Source: Candidatus Rokuibacteriota bacterium
GTDB taxonomy: Bacteria; Methylomirabilota; Methylomirabilia; Rokubacteriales; CSP1-6
NCBI GenBank assembly: GCA_003220675.1
Contig: QHTD01000058.1
Span: 1-61,304 of the forward strand
Direction of reading: 5' to 3'
Length of the DNA stretch: 61,304 nt
The translations under genes were made by a program, and so were the position numbers. The notes beneath the pieces are model-generated. The model had not been told where the DNA came from and did not search any database. It saw only the letters and a list, made by a program, of their open reading frames with translations. Below, piece after piece: positions 16,313 through 25,859 of the stretch (position 1 is its first letter; each line of letters begins with the position of its first letter).

Positions 16313-19300
16313 CGATCGGGCGCGCCTTCCCGGATCTGCTGACGCCGCTGTCGAGCGCCGCCTCGGTGGAGGAGGGGCTCGCCCAGACCCTGGACCGCCT
16401 CGTGGAGCGGACCGGCGCCGCGGCAGGTGCGCTGGTCTTCACGCCGCCGCACGAGGCGCCGATCGTCGTGACGGCGGGTGGCAGGCGCCTGCCCGCGGAG
16501 CTCGGCGCGTGGTTGCGGGCCGAGGTGCAGACACCTGCCGGCGGGTGGCGGCTCGCGCGCGTCGCGCCGCCCGGCTGGCCGCGCGGAGTCGCGGTCGCGC
16601 TGAGGACGCCGCTCGGGGCGCCGGGGCGGCGCGTCGGCGCGTTGCTGCTCCTGGGGCGTGCGCTCACGCGCTCCACCCTGGCGTCCGGCTTCCCGCAAGA
16701 GCTCGGCGAGGCCCTCGGCCACGTCTGGCGCCTCCATCGACGCAGGCTCCGCACGTCGGCGCTAAACGAGCTCACGCGGCTCCTCGTCTCGACCCACTCG
16801 CTCGAGGACGTGTTCCGCGCGTTCGCCGAGGGCGTGGCGAGGCTCGTGGTGTTCGACTCGGTCGCGGTGTCGCTGCTGGACTCGGAGCGCGGCGAGTTCG
16901 AGGTCGTGGACATCGTCGCGCGCTCCATGCCGCTCCGGGTGCGGCGCGACGCCCGGATGCCCCTCGTCGGGACTCTGCTCGCCGAGCTCCTGACGCGCGG
17001 AGCGCCCCTCCGGGTGGACGACGTCCGGGACGGAGACGTCCCCGAGGCGAGCCGGCGGGTCTTCGCGGAGCGCGGCTATCGCGCCGTGGCGCTGATGCCG
17101 CTCGCGTCGGCGGGCGGAGTCTTGGGTGCCGTGACGCTCGCGTCGGCACGCCCGGGAGCCTTCGATGACGAGGACGTCGAGATCGTCGGCGAGCTTGCGC
17201 GGCCCCTGGCGTCGGCGATCGAGCTGAGACGGCTCCTCGAGGAGGGCCAGCGGCGGACCGACGAGCTCGCCGCGCTCTACGCCACGAGCCGGCTCATCAC
17301 CGCCAGGCTCGACGTTCCGTCCGTCCTCGACCGGATCAGCCAAGCGGTCAGCGACCTGATCGGCAGCACGGGGTGCGGGATTGGCCTCCTCAACGCGGAA
17401 CGAACCCATATCGCCCACGTGGCGGCTCACGGCTTCCGGAGTCAGGAGTGGCGCTCGCTCTCGATAGCGGTCGGCGAGGGCATCATGGGCCGTGCCGCCC
17501 AGAGCGGCACGGCGATTCGCGTCGACGACGTCCCCACCGACCCGCGCTCGGCCCCCCGCGACGTGGACGAGCGCGAGGGGATCCGCTCGATGCTCTGCGT
17601 GCCCCTGACAGTGGCGGGCGGAGTGATCGGCGTCATCTCGGCTTTCTCGACGCACCCCGGCGCGTTCACCGGCCACCACCAGCGCGTGCTCGAGGCATTC
17701 GGCGAGCAGGCCGGGATCGCGATCCACAACGCGCGGCTCTTCGAAGAGAGCGTGCGGCGGGCCCGCGAGACGCGCGCCCTCTTCGAGGCGGGCCGCGCGG
17801 TGACCGCGAGCCTCGACGTGGACCGGACGATCCGCGTGATCCTCGAGGAGGCGCGCGGCGTCCTCGGCGCCGATTCGTGCGGACTCTCGACGCTCGACCC
17901 GCAGACGAACGAGCTCGTCACGGTGGCGAGCCTGGACCTGCCACCGCCGATGGTGAAGGACATCCGGATCAAGGTGGGAGAGGGGATCGGGGGCCTCGCC
18001 CTGCGTGAGCGGCGGCCGGTCCAGAGTCGTGACCTCGCGGAGGATCCGCGGGTACGCTACGCCCAGCTGCCGCTGGCCAGTGGCCTCCGTTCGATGCTCG
18101 TGGCACCGCTCCGCGTGGGCGATCGCGCCATCGGCGTGATCAGCGTCTTCCGACGGGACGTCCACGAGTTCTCGGCGGGCGAAGAGGAGCTGCTCCTGGC
18201 GCTCGCCGACCAGGCCGCGATCGCGCTCGAGCACGCGCGCCTGTACGGGGAGCTCGAGGGTATGGTCGCGGAGCGCACGCGGGAGCTCGACGCCCAGAAG
18301 CGCTTCGTCGAAGTGGTGCTGGAGACGCTGCCGCTCGGCGTCTTCGTCCTCGACGCGGAGCTCTGCGTCGTCCGCGCGAACCGCGAGGGCGCGCGGGCGC
18401 TTGGCTGCGACCCGGGCAAGCGCGCGCCGCTCGCGGCGCTCTTCGGCCCCGGCAAGACGCGGGTGGTCGAGGCGTTCCTCCGCGAGGCGTTCGAAACGCG
18501 GCGGGGCGGCTCGATCGAGGCGGAGATCGCGCTCGCGGGGGAGACGAAGATCTTCCGGCTGACCAGCGCGCCCTTCGAGGCGCTGGAGGAGCGCATCACC
18601 CACGCGGTCGTCCTCGTGGAGGACATCACGCGCGCCAAGCGGCTCGAGCGTCAGATGCTGCTCACCGAACGGCTGACGACCGCGGGACGGCTCGGCGCGG
18701 GCGTCGCGCACGAGCTGAACAACCCGCTGGCGACGATCGCGGGCTGCGCGGAGTCGCTCCGGGAGCGGCTCACGGAAGGCGGGCGCGCGAAGACGCTCGA
18801 GCTCGCCGACTTCCCGCACTACCTCGGGCTGATCGAAGAGGAGGCGTTCCGGTGCAAAGAGATCACCGGGACCCTGCTCCAGCTCGTCCGCGATCCCGGG
18901 AGCCGCCGCGCCCCGACCGACCTCAACGCGCTCGTCCTCAAGGCGACCGAGCTCCTCTTCCACCAGCCCCGCTTCGCCGAGGGCCGGTTCGTGACCGAGC
19001 TCGACCAGGTGCTCCCGGCGGTCGCGGTCAACGAGGGCCAGATCCGCCAGGTCTTCATCGCCCTCGCCTCGAACGCGCTCGAGGCGATGGAGGGGCGCGG
19101 CCGGCTGACGGTGCGCTCGCGCCTGCATCGCGGCGAGGTCGAGGTGGAGTTCGAGGACGAGGGGCCGGGCGTTCCGGACGAGGTCCTGCCGCGTATCTTC
19201 GACCCATTCTTCACGACCAAGCCGCCGGGGCAGGGGACCGGCCTGGGACTCGCCATCGCCCAGGGGATCGTGACGGACCACGGCGGCCGGATCGAGGTCA

Positions 19301-19346
19301 CCTCGCGGCCCTGCAAGGGGAGCCTCTTCCGGGTGGTGCTGCCCGC

Positions 19347-19350
<4 letters not shown>
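16309..19350 (+). CDS. multi-GAF/PAS sensor histidine kinase
   Basis: 1013 aa with repeated GAF-like blocks, H-box GVAHELNNPL and ATPase boxes (NALEA, GTGLGLAIAQGIV). ATGA overlap with the upstream gene. Confidence 0.85.
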
Positions 19351-20699
<1,349 letters not shown>

Positions 20700-20767
20700 G
20701 AACCCCCCGGGTGATCGGCTCTCCTGCCCACCCAAAAAGTTGACGCCCGCCAGGCTGACCTGGTGCA

Positions 20768-21562
20768 ATGGCCGAGGCCAGCGCGAGGAGCCGGCACATT
20801 CTAAAGCAGCTACTGGTGATCGTCGGGCTGTTCGTCGCTCTGCCCAGTGTGGCAGCGGCTCAGCGCATCGCGCTGGACGCGTCGGCCTGGGTTCCGAGTG
20901 TCATGGCCGCCGAGGCGAAGGTCGAAGGCGGGACGCTGCGAGGCACGGCCTTCGACTTCAAGCAGGATCTTGGAATCGACGACGAGCCGCTGGCCGATCT
21001 CCGCCTCAGCGTCTTCACCGGGCCGAACAGCAGGCTGCGCCTGGCGTATACCCGCGCGAGCTACGCGGGCGACACGATCCTCGATCGAACAATCCAGTTC
21101 AACGGGTCCGTTTTCCCGGCCTCGACCCGCGTCGTGTCCGACCTCGACCTGCACTATGCGCGACTCGGATGGATCTGGCAGCTCCCGGTGATCCCGGACA
21201 AACTGAGAGTGGGTCCGGTCGTCGAGGCCAAGGCCTTCGTGGCCAGCGCTACGCTGGACGCGCCAGCGACCACGCCGCGACTGCGAGAGACCGAGAGGGT
21301 CGCCGTCGTGATCCCGAGCGCCGGCCTGGCGCTCGACCTGAGCCTGCACCCCCTGATCGACCTGTTCGCCGAGGGCTCCGCCCTGACTCTGGGCGACCGG
21401 GGACGGGTCATCGACGCCGAGGCGGGGGTGCGCGTCCACCTGGTCAAGTTCCTCACCATGATCGCCGGGTATCGGTTCTTCGAGGTGCGCGGCGAGGAGG
21501 ACCACAGTTTCGCGCGGCTGCAACTGTCCGGCCCGTTCGTCGGCGTGACCTTCAGGTTCTGA
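20768..21562 (+). CDS. putative outer-membrane beta-barrel protein
   Basis: Signal peptide ..LLVIVGLFVALPSVAAAQ, alternating beta-strand pattern and a C-terminal aromatic end ..VGVTFRF. Confidence 0.6.
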   Translation: MAEASARSRHILKQLLVIVGLFVALPSVAAAQRIALDASAWVPSVMAAEAKVEGGTLRGTAFDFKQDLGIDDEPLADLRLSVFTGPNSRLRLAYTRASYAGDTILDRTIQFNGSVFPASTRVVSDLDLHYARLGWIWQLPVIPDKLRVGPVVEAKAFVASATLDAPATTPRLRETERVAVVIPSAGLALDLSLHPLIDLFAEGSALTLGDRGRVIDAEAGVRVHLVKFLTMIAGYRFFEVRGEEDHSFARLQLSGPFVGVTFRF

Positions 21563-21595
21563 CCGAGCGCGTCGCGCGCTAAGTCCTTAACGTGC

Positions 21596-21623
21596 TTGCG
21601 CGCTCCGGCCGTGCGTGTACACT
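21596..21623 (+). promoter_or_regulatory. sigma70-like promoter candidate for the RRM-protein gene
   Basis: TTGCGC (21596-21601), 16-nt spacer, TACACT (21618-21623). This would give a ~95-nt leader. Confidence 0.3.
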
Positions 21624-21724
21624 GGACCTGTCGGCCGGATGGGCCGGATCTCGCCTCCGATGCAACGTGTCTTCCGGTTCGCGGGGCGTGTACGACCAGC
21701 GGAAGACAGTCCGAGGGGGTTCAC

Positions 21725-22108
21725 ATGGCGTCAAAACTGTATATCGGCGGTCTCGCGTACTCGACCACGAGCGACGGGCTTCGCGAGTTCTTCAGCCAGT
21801 CCGGCAGCGTCCTGTCGGCGACGGTGATTACCGATCGGTTCTCCGGGCAGTCACGCGGCTTCGGCTTCGTTGAGATGGCGACGGCGGAAGAGGCGCAGAA
21901 CGCGATCGCTCAGCTCAACGGGCGGGAGCTCGACGGCCGGAAGATCACGGTCGAGGTCTCGAACCCGCAGGGCCAGCGCACCGGCGGCCCGCGGCCCGGC
22001 GGCAATCGGCCGAGCGGCGGCGGGCGTGGCCCTGGCGGGGGACGCGGTCCGGGGGGCGGGCGCGACAGCGGCTACGCCCACCGGCCCTCGAAGCCCGTGA
22101 AGTGGTAG
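21725..22108 (+). CDS. RRM-type RNA-binding protein with Gly/Arg-rich tail
   Basis: RNP-2 LYIGGL and RNP-1 RGFGFVEM, with a C-terminal GGGRGPGGGRGPGGGR tail. SD GAGGGGG precedes ATG 21725. Confidence 0.9.
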   Translation: MASKLYIGGLAYSTTSDGLREFFSQSGSVLSATVITDRFSGQSRGFGFVEMATAEEAQNAIAQLNGRELDGRKITVEVSNPQGQRTGGPRPGGNRPSGGGRGPGGGRGPGGGRDSGYAHRPSKPVKW

Positions 22109-22157
22109 TGCGGACTTCTGTAATTCGCGGGGCTGGGGCCCCGCCGTCCGAGGTTGC

Positions 22158-22182
22158 GGAGGGGGCCCCTCAGGCCCCCTCC
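22158..22182. terminator. 10-bp GC hairpin between convergent genes
   Basis: GGAGGGGGCC-CCTCA-GGCCCCCTCC. The right arm overlaps the last codons and stop of the minus-strand gene (22170). Confidence 0.5.
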
Positions 22183-24029
22183 GATGCAAAGATCCGGTCG
22201 TAGCGGCCGTACTCGCGGGCCGCGTCCATGAACCACTTCACGGCATCCGGATCCGAGCGCGGCGGGATCTCGCACGAGGTGGACAGGATGAACGCCGAGG
22301 TCCTCGCGGCCGTGTCGATGCAGCGCCGGACGTCGGCGGCCATCGCCTCCTGGCTCGTCTTCTCGAACTTCGTCGCGTCCACGTTGCCGATCGCGACGAC
22401 GCGGCCGCGGGACACCTCCGTGAACCGCTTGAGCTGGTCCACGTAGAGCTTCGGATCCGCCTGCTGGTCGAGGTCGAACGAGATCGTCGTGAAGCCGCAC
22501 CGAATGAGGTCCTCGTAAATCGGGTAGGTCGTTCCACAGATGTGTGTCGTCACGCCGACCTTCTTCGCCTTGAAGTAATCCACGAGCTCCTTGTGGTAGG
22601 GCGCGATGAACTCCCGGTAATTGTCGGGCGAGATCAGGCTGATCGAGGCGGTGGGCTCCGAGAAGCTGAGCCCGATGCCCGTGGCCACGATCGCGTCTCC
22701 CCAGTTCTTGCAGAAGTCGGTCGTGATCCGCATCAGGTCATGGATGAACTTCGGGTCCTCGAAGGTGTCCAGGAGCATCGTCTCGGGGTTTCGGAGCAGC
22801 ATCGCGATCGTCCACGGGCCCACGGCCACGGCGCCGATCGCGGTCGGAAGCTTCGCCTTCACCAGCGCTTCGCACTGCTCGAGGAAGCCGGGGAGGCGTG
22901 CCGTCCGGTGCGGGTCCGGCGGCTCGAGCCGCGCGAGCCGGGCCTTGTCGTCCTGGAGGACGTGCCGGTCGATCGACGGCACGACGTAGTCCGAGTACTT
23001 CACGTGGCAGCCGAACGCCTCGGCCTCCTTCGCCAGGTCGTTGTAGGCGAGGACGACGTCGGGCTGGTAGCGCTCGTAGTAGTTCAGCATCGCCGTGGTC
23101 GCCCTGGGCACGTTCGTGCAGTACTCCTCGATCGACAGGCCGTCGAGGGTGCCGGCGAACGAGGCGACGATCGGGTAGACCGGCACACGGTCGGCGAACG
23201 AGCGCTTGTAGGCGGCGACGACGCGGTCACGGGGCGTGTACTGGGCGCGGCCGTGCTCCACGTCCCAGATGCGGTTGGCCTCCATGTACCGGGGCGGGAG
23301 CTTGGCCTCGTACTCCATGAACTGCGTGATCGGATAGCGGATGCCGCCCGCGTGCGTGCCCTTGAGGCCCTCGATGATGTCCTCCATCTGGGCCCACGGG
23401 ATCGTGAACGCCATCTCGTGGTCCTGGGTCTGCCCGAAGATCCGGTCGCCCGAGCAGGGGAGGATGAGCTGTGGCTGGTCGGTGCGCATCGTCGTCACGA
23501 TGATCTCCGAGCAATCGATGCGGCCCCCGAAGGCGGAGGTGAGCTTCCCGCCGCGCTTCCAGAGTGCCGCCTGGGTGAGGCGCATGACCTGGGCCGGGTT
23601 GGCGTAAATGCAGACGACGTGCGGCTCGAACGGCGCGCGGTCGAGCGGCGCCACCAGGAGGCAGGAGTACTCGCCGGGCGCGAACTTGTCCACGGCGGCT
23701 TCGGACCGCGCACCGGCATCCTTTGTCGCGGTGTACATGCCCTCGCACAGCGTCCCGGAGTTGTGCAGGTGCGTCGGTTTCTCGAAGCCGAGCGCCGCGA
23801 TGCCGAGGGAGCAGATGTGGTCCTCCCGGGTGAGCGCGATCATCCAGCCGTATCGCCGGGCCATGTCGATGACCTGGCAGTTCATGCTGAGCTTCTTGAA
23901 GTCGCGCGCCGGCCGCTTGGCCTTCTCGGGAATCTCCTCGCCGGGCTTGAGCATCCGGATCGCCACGGGGAACGTCTGGGGCCGGATGTAGAACTGCAGC
24001 TCCCGGTCGGCGGTTTTGACGTCGATCAT
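22170..24029 (-). CDS. fusion protein: N-terminal DUF169-like domain + C-terminal URO-D-family (MtaA/CmuA-like) methyltransferase domain
   Basis: ATG 24029 is preceded by AAAGGAG. Residues ~1-255 follow the DUF169 pattern (FPVAIRML..CQVIDMA..EDHICSLGIAALG..VAPLDRAPFEP..). Residues ~265-619 are URO-D-like with a Zn-type H-x-C (THICG) and a distal Cys (STSCEIP). Confidence 0.75.
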   Translation of the reverse strand: MIDVKTADRELQFYIRPQTFPVAIRMLKPGEEIPEKAKRPARDFKKLSMNCQVIDMARRYGWMIALTREDHICSLGIAALGFEKPTHLHNSGTLCEGMYTATKDAGARSEAAVDKFAPGEYSCLLVAPLDRAPFEPHVVCIYANPAQVMRLTQAALWKRGGKLTSAFGGRIDCSEIIVTTMRTDQPQLILPCSGDRIFGQTQDHEMAFTIPWAQMEDIIEGLKGTHAGGIRYPITQFMEYEAKLPPRYMEANRIWDVEHGRAQYTPRDRVVAAYKRSFADRVPVYPIVASFAGTLDGLSIEEYCTNVPRATTAMLNYYERYQPDVVLAYNDLAKEAEAFGCHVKYSDYVVPSIDRHVLQDDKARLARLEPPDPHRTARLPGFLEQCEALVKAKLPTAIGAVAVGPWTIAMLLRNPETMLLDTFEDPKFIHDLMRITTDFCKNWGDAIVATGIGLSFSEPTASISLISPDNYREFIAPYHKELVDYFKAKKVGVTTHICGTTYPIYEDLIRCGFTTISFDLDQQADPKLYVDQLKRFTEVSRGRVVAIGNVDATKFEKTSQEAMAADVRRCIDTAARTSAFILSTSCEIPPRSDPDAVKWFMDAAREYGRYDRIFASEGA

Positions 24030-24212
24030 GGGGTCTCCTTTGTCGCGGGCGCCGCGAGGCGCGTGTGGCTCCGCATCGCGGACTTCTCGCTGAAGCGTAC
24101 TACCTCGCGGAGCCCGCGACAACAATGTAGAATACCGCGCACTCGCGGCGGGCGTTGCCCGCCGCGTCAAGACGGGGAACGGGCGCGTGCACCTCGGTAG
24201 GGGAGGTCCAGA

Positions 24213-25655
24213 ATGCAGGCTCCAAGCGCGAGCTACAGCCTCACGGTCCGGCTCGAGATCCTGAACAAGCCCGGCATGCTCGGTCGGGTCACCTCGGCGA
24301 TCGGCAAGGCCGGCGGCGACATCGGCGCCATCGACCTGGTCGTCGTCGGCAAGACGACGATCACGCGCGACATCACGTTCAAGGCGCGCGACGAGCCGCA
24401 CGGCCAGCAGGTCGTGGACGGGATCCGCGCGGTCCAGGGCGTGAAGGTCGTCAACGTCTCGGACCGCACGTTCCTCATGCACCTGGGCGGGAAGATCGAG
24501 GTGCGCGGGAAGATGAGCGTCAAGACCCGCGACGACCTCTCCATGGCCTACACGCCGGGCGTCGCGCGCGTCTGCATGGCCATCCACCACGACCCCGAGA
24601 AAGCGTACGCGCTGACGATCAAGCAGAACGCCGTCGCGGTCGTGACGGACGGCACCGCGGTGCTCGGTCTCGGCGACATCGGCCCGAGCGCCGCCCAGCC
24701 GGTGATGGAGGGCAAAGCGCTCATCTTCAAGGAGTTCGCCGGGGTCGACGCCTTCCCGCTGTGCCTGGCGACCAAGGACGTGGACGAGATCGTGGCGATC
24801 GTGAAGGCGATCGCGCCCGTGTTCGGCGGGATCAACCTCGAGGACATCTCGGCGCCACGCTGCTTCGAGATCGAGGAGCGGCTCCAGCGCGATCTCGAGA
24901 TCCCAGTGTTCCACGACGACCAGCACGGCACTGCGGTCGTGGTCCTCGCGGCGCTGCTCAACGCGCTCCAGATCGTGAAGAAGCGGCTCGCCGACGTGCG
25001 GATCGTGTTCACCGGGGCCGGCGCGTCCGGCATCGCGACGGCGAAGCTCCTTATGCAGGCCGGCGCCAAGCACATCACCGCCTGCGACCGCGCGGGGACG
25101 CTCTACGACGGCCGCGTCGACAACATGAACCCGATCAAGGCGTGGTTCGCGAAGCACACCAACGCGAAGAAGATCCGCGGCTCGGCGAGCGACGCGCTCA
25201 AGGGCGCCGACGTCTTCATCGGCCTCTCGGGCCCGGGCGTCGTCGCGCTCAAGGACATCAAGGCCATGAACCGCGACCCGATCGTCTTCGCGATGGCGAA
25301 CCCGATCCCGGAGATCCAACCCGAGGAGGCCGGGCCCTACGTTCGGGTCATGGCCACGGGACGCTCGGACTACCCGAACCAGATCAACAACTCGTGCTGC
25401 TTTCCGGGCTTCTTCCGCGGGATGCTCGACGTCCGGGCGCGACGCGTGAACGACGCGATGAAGCTCGGGGCGGCGCATGCGCTGGCGGCCATCGTGTCCA
25501 AGGAGGAGCTCTCCGAGGAGTACATCACGCCCTCGATGTTCGACAGTCGCGTGGTGCCGGCCGTCGCCGCGGCGGTCGCGGACGCCGCGATCCGCACGGA
25601 GGTCGCGCGCCGGCAGCGGCGCGCGCCGGTCGTCGCCTCCAAGGCGTCGCGGTAA
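24213..25655 (+). CDS. NAD(P)-dependent malic enzyme with N-terminal ACT domain
   Basis: ACT-like residues 1-75, then the malic-enzyme core (YTPGVA, GLGDIGP, FTGAGASG, FAMANP). SD GGGGAGG upstream. Confidence 0.9.
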   Translation: MQAPSASYSLTVRLEILNKPGMLGRVTSAIGKAGGDIGAIDLVVVGKTTITRDITFKARDEPHGQQVVDGIRAVQGVKVVNVSDRTFLMHLGGKIEVRGKMSVKTRDDLSMAYTPGVARVCMAIHHDPEKAYALTIKQNAVAVVTDGTAVLGLGDIGPSAAQPVMEGKALIFKEFAGVDAFPLCLATKDVDEIVAIVKAIAPVFGGINLEDISAPRCFEIEERLQRDLEIPVFHDDQHGTAVVVLAALLNALQIVKKRLADVRIVFTGAGASGIATAKLLMQAGAKHITACDRAGTLYDGRVDNMNPIKAWFAKHTNAKKIRGSASDALKGADVFIGLSGPGVVALKDIKAMNRDPIVFAMANPIPEIQPEEAGPYVRVMATGRSDYPNQINNSCCFPGFFRGMLDVRARRVNDAMKLGAAHALAAIVSKEELSEEYITPSMFDSRVVPAVAAAVADAAIRTEVARRQRRAPVVASKASR

Positions 25656-25658
25656 GCC

Positions 25659-25859
25659 GTGAAGGCCAAGGAGCTGCTCGCGGCGTGCTTCGTCCTGTTC
25701 GGCGCGCTTCTCGTCTGGCCCCTCCTCTCGATCCCGAATCGCGCCGTGCTCGTGGCGGGCGTGCCCGCGCTGGTCCTCTACCTGTTCGGCGTCTGGGCGG
25801 TGGTCGTGGCCGTGCTCGCGTGGGCGGCCCGCCGGTCGGGGGATGAGGACGGCCCGTGA
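25659..25859 (+). CDS. small two-TM membrane protein (DUF3311-like companion of solute:sodium symporters)
   Basis: 66 aa with two hydrophobic helices around ..PNRAVLVAGVP... GTG start 4 nt after the malic-enzyme stop; its stop overlaps the kinase GTG (GTGA). Confidence 0.55.
   Translation: MKAKELLAACFVLFGALLVWPLLSIPNRAVLVAGVPALVLYLFGVWAVVVAVLAWAARRSGDEDGP

Noticed and set aside
20740-20769. Two promoter-like matches upstream of the OMP gene: TTGACG-N18-TGCAAT (sigma70-like) and GGC-N9-TGCA (sigma54-like).
   Set aside because: Both would place the transcription start downstream of ATG 20768, which begins a good signal peptide, and no alternative in-frame start keeps that signal peptide. The matches are weak.
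24030-25478. N-terminal 483 codons of the 1102-aa minus-strand ORF that ends in the DUF169::URO-D gene.
   Set aside because: This part is antisense to the malic-enzyme gene and is compositional junk. An ATG with an AAAGGAG SD at 24029 marks the real start.
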